Of a stretch of DNA of 64,000 nt, positions 11,331 through 21,186 are shown piece after piece. This DNA is from an uncultured Nitrospiraceae bacterium. GTDB taxonomy: Bacteria; Nitrospirota; Nitrospiria; Nitrospirales; Nitrospiraceae. The DNA lies in assembly GCA_963730935.1 (NCBI GenBank), contig CAVSTP010000004.1, forward strand, positions 288,001-352,000. The letters are read 5' to 3'. How positions within the stretch are numbered: the first letter of the stretch is position 1; each line of letters opens with the position of its first letter. The notes under the pieces were generated by a model. That model was not told the DNA's origin, made no database searches, and saw nothing but the letters and a program-made list of their open reading frames with translations. A program made the position numbers and the translations under genes.

Positions 11331-11363
11331 GACAGATTAACAAACTGTCTTCGAGCTTGTCAA
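11331..11363 (-). promoter_or_regulatory. Sigma70-type promoter of the sulfur-carrier operon with overlapping inverted repeat
   Basis: Minus strand TTGACA (11358-63), 18 nt, TGn-TAATCT (11334-39); GACAG-N9-CTGTC (11331-49) overlaps the -10. Confidence 0.6.
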
Positions 11364-11445
11364 GGCAACGTACCGGCAGGATCCGTTGCTTGACTTTACC
11401 ACGCACTCGTCGCCACTATGCCGTTCTTTTGGAGGACGCTTTGAC

Positions 11446-11823
11446 ATGTGGAAACGCAATTTCATGTTCAGGGCGACGGAGGCTACTCCTTTAAATGAAT
11501 CCGAGAACGAATTGTTCCATGAGACTGATCCGGCCATGGACAGCGCCGGGTTACACTTAGAGAAGTTTTTGTCCGTTTGGATTCAAGGCGCAGGCGATGA
11601 TGAACGGCCGGCGGCCTTCACCAACATGTATGTGCGGACCGCCACGCTAGATTTTCAGAAGCGGGTCGGATTTCTCCAGCCTTTACAAGGGCGTACCCAT
11701 CAAATTAAGCAATTGCTCACACCAGGCCAAAAGGACTACCTGCGTTCGTGGCTGGCGCGGGCGGCGCCCCAGGCATGGGAAGCGACCGACGAACACTTCA
11801 AGATGCTGTTTGAGTTGGAATGA
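11446..11823 (+). CDS. Hypothetical protein
   Basis: GGAGG RBS before ATG; protein-like composition. Confidence 0.75.
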   Translation: MWKRNFMFRATEATPLNESENELFHETDPAMDSAGLHLEKFLSVWIQGAGDDERPAAFTNMYVRTATLDFQKRVGFLQPLQGRTHQIKQLLTPGQKDYLRSWLARAAPQAWEATDEHFKMLFELE

Positions 11824-11858
11824 TCGGTTCCAGAGCCTCGGTGAACATCGGCGGCACC

Positions 11859-12380
11859 ATGTACGTCAGGGCGGCTGTACTCTGTCTGTGCCTTCTGTTG
11901 CAACCTCAAAGGCTGTTCAGCGCCAACGTCGAAGTGCTCTATGCTCCCGAGGATGCCCCGCTCGATCGTCTGGTCACGCTCTATCAGCACGCCAAGCGTT
12001 ATATCTACGTCTCGGTATATGGATTGACGTACCCCCGGGCGGTACAAGCGCTGGTTGCCGCGAAGAAACGCGGTGTGGATGTTCGGATGTTGACCGACCA
12101 AGAGCGCACGCAGGAAGTGAAGCAGCGCACGGCCTTGGAGACGTTGCGTCTTGCCGGGATTCCCATCCGGGTCAACCAGCATGAGGGGCTCATGCATCTC
12201 AAACAGGTCGTCATCGACGATGAAATCAATACGTCCGGCTCGATGAACCACACGACGAGCGGTAATTCATACAACGATGAGCGCATGGACATCATCACCG
12301 ATCGCGCCATTTCACTGAAGGCGCGTGAACAATTCCTGTCCCTGTGGAACGACCGTGCCCGTTTTGCAGAATGGAAATGA
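11859..12380 (+). CDS. Phospholipase D-like (Nuc-type, single HKD) exported protein
   Basis: HLKQVVID...SGSMN motif; signal peptide; alternative start 11820. Confidence 0.85.
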   Translation: MYVRAAVLCLCLLLQPQRLFSANVEVLYAPEDAPLDRLVTLYQHAKRYIYVSVYGLTYPRAVQALVAAKKRGVDVRMLTDQERTQEVKQRTALETLRLAGIPIRVNQHEGLMHLKQVVIDDEINTSGSMNHTTSGNSYNDERMDIITDRAISLKAREQFLSLWNDRARFAEWK

Positions 12381-12414
12381 AGGGAGAGCGCTCGATGCGG
12401 CGGCAGGCAGTCAG

Positions 12415-13710
12415 ATGACAACGCAAGAAGCCGACGTCGCGATCGTCGGGGCCGGCGGGGGTGGCGCAGTGCTGGCTCTGGCCTTAGGCCAGAAAGGCAT
12501 CCGCACGGTGGTCCTCGATCAGGCGCCGGGGCCTCCCAAAGGCCTGCGTGGCGAACTGCTCCAGCCGAACGGTCAAGCAGTGCTCGACCGATTGGGCGTG
12601 CTCGGAGCCTTGCCGTCGGACGCGACCCGTGCAATCCGTAAGTTTCATTTCTGCCGGGCCGGCGGCGAGCGACTGTGTTCGGTCGACTACGGCGATCTGC
12701 CGCCTCCGTACAATCGAGCGATCGTGACCATGCCGAACGTGGCGCACCATGCCATCGTCGATGCGGTTGCCAGGCAACGCACCGCCGGGCTTCGGTACAG
12801 CACGTCGTTTGTCAGCTTGACGAGGGAAGGGGATCGTGTGGCCGGTCTGACGGTCCAGGGACCGGAAGGGCCATATATCATCAAGAGCCGGCTCGTGGTC
12901 GGTGCCGACGGTGCGTTTTCAAAGGTGCGGGAGGCGCTTGCGATTCCTGCCGACGTGCACTTGTATCCGGAAGCCTATTTGATCGCCATCCTCGAATCCG
13001 CGGAACCCATCTCCGAATCGTTCTACTACGTCGGCCATAGACAAATTCTGGGACTCTTTCCTGCCACCGGTAACAAGGTCTATCTGTTTTATATGATCCC
13101 AAGCGGATCCTACGAGAGCCTGAAGCAGAAGGGTATGCGTGAGTTGACGCGGGCTTGGACGGCGATCGCTCCGCGGTTTGCCTCTCTCTTTTCCAATCTG
13201 TCTAATTGGAATCAGACGGCCTACATGCCAACCGGGAGGGTGCGGACATCCCGCTGGGTTGCCGACGGAGCCGCTCTCATCGGTGATGCGGCTCATGCGA
13301 TGAACCCCCATGCCTCCCAAGGACGCATGCAGGCCATGGTGGATGCCATGACGTTGGCCGAGATCATCCCGGCATGTCTGGCCGACGGGGATTGCTCCGC
13401 GACACGATTACATGTCTATGAAACGGCGCGACGACAACAAGTGATGATGCTTCAGCGCCTAGCCGATCAACAGGTCTTTTATTGGAACACGGGAAATCCC
13501 CTTATTGCTTGGCTGAGGGATCGCGTCTTTCACACGCTGGATCGAAACGCCCGTCTTCGCTATCAAGTGCTGTCGACGACAGCTGGATTGCGCAAGACGG
13601 CACCGTTTTCATTCGTCGATCGCGTGATTGCGGCAGGATTGCTGCCCGACCTGTTCACGCTGACCCCAGCAGGCGCATCCTCTACCACGAGGCCGCATGG
13701 GAACGACTGA
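12415..13710 (+). CDS. FAD-dependent monooxygenase (UbiH/squalene epoxidase-like)
   Basis: GAGGGG, RGELLQP, GADG..S.VR, IGDAAHAMNP..SQG. Confidence 0.88.
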   Translation: MTTQEADVAIVGAGGGGAVLALALGQKGIRTVVLDQAPGPPKGLRGELLQPNGQAVLDRLGVLGALPSDATRAIRKFHFCRAGGERLCSVDYGDLPPPYNRAIVTMPNVAHHAIVDAVARQRTAGLRYSTSFVSLTREGDRVAGLTVQGPEGPYIIKSRLVVGADGAFSKVREALAIPADVHLYPEAYLIAILESAEPISESFYYVGHRQILGLFPATGNKVYLFYMIPSGSYESLKQKGMRELTRAWTAIAPRFASLFSNLSNWNQTAYMPTGRVRTSRWVADGAALIGDAAHAMNPHASQGRMQAMVDAMTLAEIIPACLADGDCSATRLHVYETARRQQVMMLQRLADQQVFYWNTGNPLIAWLRDRVFHTLDRNARLRYQVLSTTAGLRKTAPFSFVDRVIAAGLLPDLFTLTPAGASSTTRPHGND

Positions 13711-14437
13711 ACGCATTATTGAAGGATTGCCGGAGGAGACCCAGAAGCTCCTGCAAGCGTATTCCAAGGACGTCAAGGGCGTTTTCGGCGACCGGCTCGA
13801 AGGGCTGATTCTCTATGGAAGCGCCGTCCGCGGCGAGTTCATGCCTGGCCGCTCGAATCTCAATCTGCTGCTGGTCGTCACCGGATACGATGCGGCGATG
13901 TTGAAGCGCTATGAGCCGGTCCATAAGCGTTGGAGTAAGGAAGGGATCATTATTCCGTTATTTCTCACCGACCAGGAGATCAGAACATCTTCGGCGCTGT
14001 TTCCTCTCGAATTTCTGGAAATTCAGGAACACCACCGTGTGTTGGGCGGGTGCGATCCGTTCGTCGGTTTTCACGTGGACGTGAGCAGAGTCGCAGATGC
14101 CGTGCTGCAGGGGCTGGCCGGCCATGTGCTGAGGCTGCGGCAACGGTTTGCCGAAACAGGCGGCGCCAACGATGCTGTCATGATTCTGCTTCCGCTTGCC
14201 GTCACGTCGACCGTTCCGCTGCTGCGAGGCATACAACGAATGCGGGGATGGCCGGTGCTCACACAATCGGATGCCGTCATCAAGGACATCGCCGATCGTT
14301 TGCAGATCGACCTTCAGGGGTTGCACGACGCCTTGATGCTGAAACGCGGGATCATTTCGCCGGGGCCTTTAGAAGTCCCCCGCGTATTTGATCGCTATTT
14401 GAAGGCGGCGACCATGCTTTCGGAGGCACTTCACTGA
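13697..14437 (+). CDS. Nucleotidyltransferase-fold protein
   Basis: LYGSAVRGE..GRSNLNLLLV (pol-beta GS motif); FPLEFLEI. Confidence 0.75.
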   Translation: MGTTERIIEGLPEETQKLLQAYSKDVKGVFGDRLEGLILYGSAVRGEFMPGRSNLNLLLVVTGYDAAMLKRYEPVHKRWSKEGIIIPLFLTDQEIRTSSALFPLEFLEIQEHHRVLGGCDPFVGFHVDVSRVADAVLQGLAGHVLRLRQRFAETGGANDAVMILLPLAVTSTVPLLRGIQRMRGWPVLTQSDAVIKDIADRLQIDLQGLHDALMLKRGIISPGPLEVPRVFDRYLKAATMLSEALH

Positions 14438-15165
14438 TGAGCCAGTACCTGACGCTCATCGTGGTCTGCGTCCTGGCGGTCAATCCGTCGATGACGACGG
14501 CGAGTCCCTACGAGCGCCCTACCGCCAAGCTACCCGATCCCATGGGCTATGTCAGTGACCACGCGAAGGTCCTCGAGGAGGATTGGCGGGCGCGAATCCG
14601 TTCTGTGGCGCAGGATCTGGAACGGAAGACGGGGGTGGAGATGGTTGTTGTGACCGTGCCCAGCGTGAAACCGTTCCGATCCGCCAACGACTATGCGACG
14701 GCTATCTACGAGAAATGGGGCATCGGGTCGGCGCAACAAGAGCACGGTATCCTTGTGCTGCTCGCGGTGGAGGAGCGCCAAGCGGCACTGACACTGGGTC
14801 GGAAGATGCTGCCGGTCATCACGCCGCCGGTCATGAGCCAAATCGGCAGCGACTATCTGCACCCCTCGATTGAGCGCGGCCATTTCGGCGAAGGACTGTA
14901 TCGCACGGCGGTCGCGTTGGCTTCTCACAGCCAGGACGTCCGTGTCGGAAGCCTTTCGAGAACGCATTATAGAGGGATCGGAATCTGGATCACGCTGTTC
15001 ACCAGCATCGGTGCCATCGCCTTCTTCTGGTGGATCAGCCGGCCCGACCTGCGTCATCCCTATCGCCGGATTCAGCGCGGCGAGTATTGGGGAACAGGGC
15101 AGGGCGGATTCGGCGGAAACTGGGGCGGCTTCGGCGGAAGCACCAGCGGGGAAGGGTACCGATAA
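14437..15165 (+). CDS. TPM domain membrane protein
   Basis: GYVSDHAKVL, KTGVEMVVVTV, WGIG..HGILVLLA; C-terminal TM plus Gly-rich tail. Confidence 0.88.
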   Translation: MSQYLTLIVVCVLAVNPSMTTASPYERPTAKLPDPMGYVSDHAKVLEEDWRARIRSVAQDLERKTGVEMVVVTVPSVKPFRSANDYATAIYEKWGIGSAQQEHGILVLLAVEERQAALTLGRKMLPVITPPVMSQIGSDYLHPSIERGHFGEGLYRTAVALASHSQDVRVGSLSRTHYRGIGIWITLFTSIGAIAFFWWISRPDLRHPYRRIQRGEYWGTGQGGFGGNWGGFGGSTSGEGYR

Positions 15166-15271
15166 CCAAGCAGAAGCCGCGATGCCGGTGCTGGGTCCTC
15201 GACGATTTTCCTCAGCGCATTTCTGAGCCGCCCGCGCAGGCAAGAGCGGTGCGGGCGGCACCTTCTGCCGG

Positions 15272-15706
15272 TTAACGCCGTGGTACGCTGCGACCTTCCT
15301 CTAGATCTTGAAGATCGGCCCAGGCCGTAATGTCGGTCCTCGAAGGATCGGCGGCATCGCGGTATTTGTTGAATCGCTCGGCGCTTCCCGGAGAACTAGG
15401 CCCGCGTGCCAAGAGCTCGGTGTTCCACGCCTCAACGTCGGCCGCCGGATGGGATCTTGCGGTCTTCTGGAACCAGGTTTCGACGCCTTCATCGGTCGGA
15501 TGCGTTTTGACGGCGGCAGTGAATTGTTCACTGGTAATTCCGACAAAATTCATCAGCCGCTCATCCATCGGACAGGGGTAAATGTATTCTCCCTCCATGC
15601 CCGCCAGGACGGCCCGGCACTTATCGACCATGCGCGCCAAATGGACGTAGCCCGCCAGCGTCGTGCGCATGCTTCGCGGAAACTGTGTGCGCAGGTCCAT
15701 GGTCAC
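15272..15706 (-). CDS. DUF5069-like protein
   Basis: PRS...LAGYVHLARMVDKCRA...GEYIYPCPMD...DLEEGR. Confidence 0.8.
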   Translation of the reverse strand: MTMDLRTQFPRSMRTTLAGYVHLARMVDKCRAVLAGMEGEYIYPCPMDERLMNFVGITSEQFTAAVKTHPTDEGVETWFQKTARSHPAADVEAWNTELLARGPSSPGSAERFNKYRDAADPSRTDITAWADLQDLEEGRSVPRR

Positions 15707-16377
15707 AGCAATTGATGCCGGCTCAGTGCGAAACTTTTTACGACCACGCTGCCGTTCTCGAACGCAATGATGCGCCGGGTGGACGGCAGATCGGCTGAGC
15801 CTACCCGCGCGTGGGTGTCGGTGAAGCTCTCGACATTTTTCAACTTCCCGTCTTCGGGCGAAAAATAATACACGGTGTACTTCGTCGTGAGATTTTTCTT
15901 GTCTTGCGTGAGGGCGCTCTCCTCAACGTTGATCGTAAAGGCAAAGGGCGCCATGTTGGGATGCGACATAGTCCGATTGATCTGCGTAATGCGGTTGTCT
16001 TTCACGCGGTAAAACGAGTGTGAGCCATGAATGTCCAGCCTGGCTCCCAGCGGGTGCCCGTCCTCATCCATCGTGAGCGTGTACTTGCCGTCCGATTCGT
16101 CGAACGTGCGCGGCCCGCGGTGAACGGCGATCATGGCGAGCTGATCCTGCGCCCATTTCTGAACCTCACCGTCGCTCAGCTGAACGGATACCTCGCGAGG
16201 GCCCTTCACCGTCACAGGGCCGTGAAATTCCTTTCCATTGATGTTGATGGTGAGTTCGGCCGTGAAACCTTTGAAGCCCTGCGGCCAGCGGGCGGTATTC
16301 TCGAAGGCGAGCCGAAGCGTTTCGCGTGCTTTCGGGTCATCGGCAACGGTCGCCTGATCGGGCGAGTATGTTTTCAT
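15703..16377 (-). CDS. DUF3386-like protein
   Basis: AFENTARWPQGFKGFTA, HRGPRTFDESDGK, SFYRVKDNRITQINR. Confidence 0.75.
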   Translation of the reverse strand: MKTYSPDQATVADDPKARETLRLAFENTARWPQGFKGFTAELTININGKEFHGPVTVKGPREVSVQLSDGEVQKWAQDQLAMIAVHRGPRTFDESDGKYTLTMDEDGHPLGARLDIHGSHSFYRVKDNRITQINRTMSHPNMAPFAFTINVEESALTQDKKNLTTKYTVYYFSPEDGKLKNVESFTDTHARVGSADLPSTRRIIAFENGSVVVKSFALSRHQLL

Positions 16378-16418
16378 GATGAATCTCCTTCATATGATAG
16401 AGGTCAGAGGAACGCCCA

Positions 16419-16448
16419 ATTATACCTGTGGCGTTTTCCGCCTCTCAA
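16419..16448 (-). promoter_or_regulatory. Sigma70-type promoter for the DUF3386-DUF5069 operon
   Basis: Minus strand TTGAGA, 18 nt, TATAAT, about 40 nt upstream of the ATG. Confidence 0.6.
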
Positions 16449-16624
16449 CCATAAGAAACCAGGGGCACGTCGAAACAGACGGCATTTCAAATCGCCCCCG
16501 ATTCTGATATAGTTCGACAATTTTCCTCCTACCGTCCACTGACGGAACGGAGAATTGCGAAGCGAGACTTGGCAAAGGGGTTGGCATGGAACGACGGGCC
16601 GCATCTCACACCGAAGAAGAAGAG

Positions 16625-16915
16625 ATGAATCAGCGCCGGCGTCTTCTGAACGCCGCCAAAAAGGGCGATCAAAAGGCGGTCGCGAAGCTCTTCGAGTTGT
16701 ATCAGGTACGCGTGTACAACAATGAAATGGTGACCAAGCTCAATCGCACGGCCGGAACTCACAAGCTTCAAGCGGAGGTGGCGCAGGCCAAGGCTGCCTC
16801 GAAAGGCGCCTCTTCGCGGAAATCGTCTCAGAAGTCTGCAGGCGCGCCGGTCAAGGTGAAGCCAAAACACACTTCCAAGGCCAAGCCGGACGGCAAGCTG
16901 CACAGGAAAAAGTGA
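16625..16915 (+). CDS. Hypothetical basic protein with Lys/Ala-rich tail
   Basis: LLNAAKKGDQKAVAKLFELY followed by low-complexity K-rich C-terminus. Confidence 0.65.
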   Translation: MNQRRRLLNAAKKGDQKAVAKLFELYQVRVYNNEMVTKLNRTAGTHKLQAEVAQAKAASKGASSRKSSQKSAGAPVKVKPKHTSKAKPDGKLHRKK

Positions 16916-16917
16916 AC

Positions 16918-17214
16918 CTACTGCACGACCACACGTAATCCGCCCCCGGCCAGCTTCCCGGCGATTTCTTCCGATTGCTTCCAACTTCCTGTAAAGACCA
17001 CCGCCTCACCTTGGTGGTCGATTTTCCAGGCCAATTCAAAGGCCTTCGACGGCGTCATTCCCGGTATGCACTGACAAAACAGGGCGATGACTTGCTGATA
17101 CGTATGACAATCACAGTTGTACACCACGACGCGGGCTTCGAGGTCGTCACCCGTTCCGGTAGAGGGAGTTTCAGTCGCTAGCGGTGTCGCAACAGGGGCG
17201 GGGGAGTCGGCCAT
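16918..17214 (-). CDS. clpS: Clp protease adaptor ClpS-like
   Basis: RVVVYNCDCHTYQQVI...AWKIDHQGEAVV. Confidence 0.82.
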   Translation of the reverse strand: MADSPAPVATPLATETPSTGTGDDLEARVVVYNCDCHTYQQVIALFCQCIPGMTPSKAFELAWKIDHQGEAVVFTGSWKQSEEIAGKLAGGGLRVVVQ

Positions 17215-17335
17215 GGGGGGCGATTCTAACAGAGTTTACGGCCGCGATTGAAATCCTTTTATCCCGTCCACGCCCGCGAGGCGTCAAAGGGCGAACGCAG
17301 TTCTCTCCAGTGTTCATCGACAAAGTGCATGCCTC

Positions 17336-18433
17336 ATGCTAACGTTCGCCGCCATGACCCGACCGGTGCTGACATCATGGCTCGATCTCCTGCTGATCTT
17401 CGTCCCGGTGACGCTCGTACTGGCACTCGTGCAGCGAAACGACCTCGGGGTTTTTATTTCTGCTGCGCTTGCGATCATTCCACTCGCCGGCCTTTTGGGA
17501 CGGGCGACGGAACATCTGACCGCGTATGTCGGAGCTGGAGTGGGGGGCCTGTTGAACGCATCGTTAGGCAACGCGGCGGAACTCATCATCGCGCTCGCTG
17601 CCCTGCGCGAAGGATTGCACGACGTCGTCAAGGCTTCTCTCACCGGATCAATTCTTGGCAATATCCTTCTCGTACTAGGCGTGTCGATGATTGCCGGAGG
17701 TGTGAAGTACGAACGCCAGAAGTTCAATCAGACCGCCGCCGGTTTGGGTGCCAGCCTGCTCCTGCTTTCCGCGGTAGGACTCATTATCCCGGCCTTATTC
17801 CATCTCACGGCCTCCGACCGAGGCGCTGCGGTTGAGCGTGAACTGAGCCTTGAGATTTCACTTGTGTTATTTGCGATCTATGTGATGAGCCTCGTCTTCT
17901 CCTTGAGAACCCATCGGCACGTGTATCAAGGAGAGCACGAAATGTCCGCCTCGGGCGAAAAGCTCTGGAGTCGCGGCCGCGCCATCGCCGTCCTGACCGT
18001 CTCGACGGTCTTGGTCGCTGTGATGAGCGAACTGCTCGTCGGAGCGCTTGAGCATGCGGCGGCGACCTTGGGCCTCACGCAGGTATTTGTTGGCGTGATT
18101 CTGGTGGCGCTGGTCGGCAATGCGGCCGAGCATTCGACTGCCGTCATGGTGGCCATGAAAAACAAGATGGACCTGGCACTCGGTATTGCAGTGGGATCCA
18201 GTCTGCAAATTGCCCTGCTCGTCGCACCGGTCCTGGTGTTCTGCAGCTATCTGTTCGGGACGCCGTTGGATTTGATCTTTACGCCGTTTGAGGTCGCTGC
18301 CGTTACGATCTCTGTCTTGATCGTCGGATTTGTGTCGATGGACGGCGAATCACACTGGATGGAAGGGGTGATGCTGGTTGGAGTCTATGCCATGCTGGCG
18401 ATGGCCTTCTACTTCCTGCCGCCGCACGGATAG
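17336..18433 (+). CDS. chaA: Ca2+/H+ antiporter (CAX)
   Basis: Two GNAAE alpha repeats, [14 protein letters not shown]. Confidence 0.92.
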   Translation: MLTFAAMTRPVLTSWLDLLLIFVPVTLVLALVQRNDLGVFISAALAIIPLAGLLGRATEHLTAYVGAGVGGLLNASLGNAAELIIALAALREGLHDVVKASLTGSILGNILLVLGVSMIAGGVKYERQKFNQTAAGLGASLLLLSAVGLIIPALFHLTASDRGAAVERELSLEISLVLFAIYVMSLVFSLRTHRHVYQGEHEMSASGEKLWSRGRAIAVLTVSTVLVAVMSELLVGALEHAAATLGLTQVFVGVILVALVGNAAEHSTAVMVAMKNKMDLALGIAVGSSLQIALLVAPVLVFCSYLFGTPLDLIFTPFEVAAVTISVLIVGFVSMDGESHWMEGVMLVGVYAMLAMAFYFLPPHG

Positions 18434-18465
18434 TGTCACTCTCTGAGCGCCGAGTGCTTCCCCGC

Positions 18466-18669
18466 CTAAAACGTGTCCATGTCGATGACTTCCGTGGCAT
18501 CCCACAGATTTTTCTTTTCCGCGTCCGCCAACGCCTTGAGCCGGTCTTCGTCCGTTTCTTCTCCGAACTGTTTTCTGCTGGATGGCGCCTGGGGCGCGCC
18601 CGACTGAATCGGGGCATCGGCAGGCCGTCGACGACGATGCTTCTTTGCTGGATCCATGTTGACTGGCAT
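18466..18669 (-). CDS. Hypothetical small protein
   Basis: GGAGG RBS; 67 aa. Confidence 0.6.
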   Translation of the reverse strand: MPVNMDPAKKHRRRRPADAPIQSGAPQAPSSRKQFGEETDEDRLKALADAEKKNLWDATEVIDMDTF

Positions 18670-18770
18670 TGGTCCTCCAATCGCTGCCGTTAGTCTCTCG
18701 TTTACCAGAGCAGAATGTCAACCAGAGGCCGCATTGACCTCCCGTCGAAGCCTTGTTACAGTCGCCGCCC

Positions 18771-19130
18771 ATGCTCGATGCGAAAGTCTGGTGGCCGCTC
18801 TTTCCGCTCCTCCTGCTGATCGTTATCGTCTGTTTGACGTGGGCATTGGTAGTGGCGGTCCGTGGCGGGCACGATCCGCGTGCCAGGTGGCTGCAGGGTG
18901 GAGCGTTCACCTGCTATCTCCTCGCCGCCGTTTCAGCGGTGGCCAGCGAGCGTGGCGCAGTCTCCGCGAACCTTCACCGGCCTTTTTCCCTGGCTACCCA
19001 ACTCTGCCTGTTGCTGGCCCTGATCCATCATTGGAGGTCGCCACCTCGCGCGCTGCGGTGGCTGAATGCCGCGGCTTGGGCTGGCATCCTGGCCGACACC
19101 GCTCTCCATGTGCTGATGGTCCGGCGCTAA
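18771..19130 (+). CDS. Hypothetical membrane protein
   Basis: About four hydrophobic segments; ATG 8 nt after a TTGACC-17-TACAGT promoter. Confidence 0.65.
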   Translation: MLDAKVWWPLFPLLLLIVIVCLTWALVVAVRGGHDPRARWLQGGAFTCYLLAAVSAVASERGAVSANLHRPFSLATQLCLLLALIHHWRSPPRALRWLNAAAWAGILADTALHVLMVRR

Positions 19131-19137
19131 TCGGGAA

Positions 19138-20271
19138 CTAGAACAATTTCTCTGCAACGCTATCGGCGTGAAGCTGACCCTGGGCGGATAGGCGGGTGCA
19201 TTCGTCTTCCTCTTCTAACAAGTTGCTGGTGTGCAGGAGCTTGACCACCTTCTCATAGCCGTAATTGACGGCATGATGGTTGAGATGCGATGTCGGAATA
19301 CCACGTTCAAGCCGCAGTCCGAAAATCACGGCATCACGCAGCTGCTCCTCGGCCGTGAGCACCAACCGATCTTGGACCGGCAAGCGGCCCTCGCCCAACG
19401 CCGATTCGTAGGCAGCGAGATTCGCGATGTTCCCGAACCGAACACCGTCAACGAACGACTGCGCGCTGGGTCCGAGCCCGAGATAGTGACCTTGGGTCCA
19501 GTGCAAGAGATTGTGACGGCATTCGAAGCCTGGCTTGGCATAATTGGAGATCTCGTACCGCGCATACCCAACCGCAGTCAGCATCCGCCGTGCGGCTTGT
19601 TCCATCTCTACTTGCAGTACCTCATCAGGAGTCCGACTTGGTTCCCGACGGACGTCCTGGGCTAAGCGTGTTCCGTCCTCCACTGTTAAGGCATAGCAGG
19701 ACAGATGCGTGGGGAACAGGTCACAACAAGCGCTAAGCGTACGCTGCCAGCTCTCTAGGGTTTGACCAGGAAGGCCGTACATGAGATCGAGGTTGATGTT
19801 CGTAAACCCTGCTGTGCGTGCGGCGACGACGGCTTCAACGGTGTCGGCTGTCGCGCCAGGGCGTCCTATCCGCACCAATTCATCATCGTGCATGGATTCG
19901 GCGCCGAAGCTGAGACGTGTCACGCCGGCTCGCCGTAAGGCGAAGAGGTCAGTGACTCCGACTGTGGCAGGATGGGCTTCCACCGTGATTTCACAATCCC
20001 GATCCACGTCAAAGGACTCCCGAATGGCAGAAAGAATCCTGGTCAGTTGACCGGCCGAGAGCACGGTCGGCGTTCCGCCGCCGAAGTACACGGATCGCAG
20101 GGGCCTTCCCGTGGTCATTTTCTCAGCCCCGTAGAGGCGGAGTTCGGTGTGAAGGGCGCGGAGGAAGTTCTCGGCCGCCGCGTCACGGTGGAGTTCGAGA
20201 TAGAAGGCGCAAAAATGACACCGCTGCCGGCAGAACGGAATATGGAGGTAGAGGCCAAAGGCGGCGTTCAT
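19138..20271 (-). CDS. hemW: Radical SAM heme chaperone HemW (HemN-like)
   Basis: YLHIPFCRQRCHFC, YFGGGTPT, DLMYGLP, YEISNYA..CRHNL. Confidence 0.9.
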   Translation of the reverse strand: MNAAFGLYLHIPFCRQRCHFCAFYLELHRDAAAENFLRALHTELRLYGAEKMTTGRPLRSVYFGGGTPTVLSAGQLTRILSAIRESFDVDRDCEITVEAHPATVGVTDLFALRRAGVTRLSFGAESMHDDELVRIGRPGATADTVEAVVAARTAGFTNINLDLMYGLPGQTLESWQRTLSACCDLFPTHLSCYALTVEDGTRLAQDVRREPSRTPDEVLQVEMEQAARRMLTAVGYARYEISNYAKPGFECRHNLLHWTQGHYLGLGPSAQSFVDGVRFGNIANLAAYESALGEGRLPVQDRLVLTAEEQLRDAVIFGLRLERGIPTSHLNHHAVNYGYEKVVKLLHTSNLLEEEDECTRLSAQGQLHADSVAEKLF

Positions 20272-20540
20272 CGTCTCAATGAGAATGGGGGTGGCTTGGA
20301 AAAATCCCGTGCCAGAACGATCTCAATTTCGTCCGTGGACGCGCGGCCCCGGTTACGAACATGCGACGTCCAGGCCGGATGCCGGCGCAACGCCTCAAAT
20401 ATCTGCTTCAACATGCCGGGTTTGATGTCAGACTCCCATTCTTGAACCCAGGCCAGATGGTCATCTTCGCCTTCATAATCCTCCGGGAATGACGCTTCTA
20501 AACTGAACCGCAAGACGAATGTTTTTTCTTCCTGATACAT
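20268..20540 (-). CDS. Hypothetical protein
   Basis: GAGG RBS; stop overlaps hemW start. Confidence 0.7.
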   Translation of the reverse strand: MYQEEKTFVLRFSLEASFPEDYEGEDDHLAWVQEWESDIKPGMLKQIFEALRRHPAWTSHVRNRGRASTDEIEIVLARDFSKPPPFSLRR

Positions 20541-20608
20541 CTTCAGCCTCGTGCGTTGCGAACCGCTGTCCGTCACTTCTATAATGGAAGTCCACAGGAG
20601 TGACAATT

Positions 20609-20830
20609 ATGCCTATCTTCGAATATGTCTGCCGCGAATGCAATCATCGCTTCGAGCTCTTACTCCAAGGGTCGTCACAAGCCGTGTGTCCGAAATGCCA
20701 GGCCACGACACTGGAAAAGCAATTTTCCTCGTTCGGCGTTGGGGCCACCGGAGGGTGGGCGCCTTCCGGTGGGGGAGCCTGCGGGAGCTGCGGTGATCCC
20801 AGGGGGCCTGGGGCTTGTTCCATGAATTAG
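20609..20830 (+). CDS. FmdB-family zinc-ribbon protein
   Basis: MPIFEYVCRECNHRFE...CPKC...KQFSSF; TATAAT at 20580. Confidence 0.88.
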   Translation: MPIFEYVCRECNHRFELLLQGSSQAVCPKCQATTLEKQFSSFGVGATGGWAPSGGGACGSCGDPRGPGACSMN

Positions 20831-20831
20831 C

Positions 20832-21152
20832 ATGAACGACGTCGAACACCTGCTCCATAGAACCATCGCCGTTATTTCGCAATCCGACCCGCTGATCAAG
20901 CTTCTCGAGCAAGTTCGGCTCGGTCGGATGACCCGTTCGGATCCAGGATTGCGGGTCATCACCGACACATGGGTTGCCACCTACCGGAAAGCGGTTGTCA
21001 CGCCCGGTTTGACCAAACAAGCACTCCGTCGCATTGATCCCTCGCCTCGTCTCGACCTCTTGGCCCAGGAAGGCCTGTTGCCTGTCGACCATGCCGCAGC
21101 CCGCGAATTGCTCGCCGATTTCAAGCAGGCGATCGCGCGTGCACCGGCCTGA
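20832..21152 (+). CDS. Hypothetical protein
   Basis: Operonic spacing; protein-like composition. Confidence 0.7.
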   Translation: MNDVEHLLHRTIAVISQSDPLIKLLEQVRLGRMTRSDPGLRVITDTWVATYRKAVVTPGLTKQALRRIDPSPRLDLLAQEGLLPVDHAAARELLADFKQAIARAPA

Positions 21153-21186
21153 CTTTTCACTCGGTTCAGTCAGGTGCGTCCGCGCG

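Noticed and set aside
11859..12380. PLD nuclease as an anti-phage defence gene
   Set aside because: Has a signal peptide, sits among core-like genes and has no helicase or methylase partner
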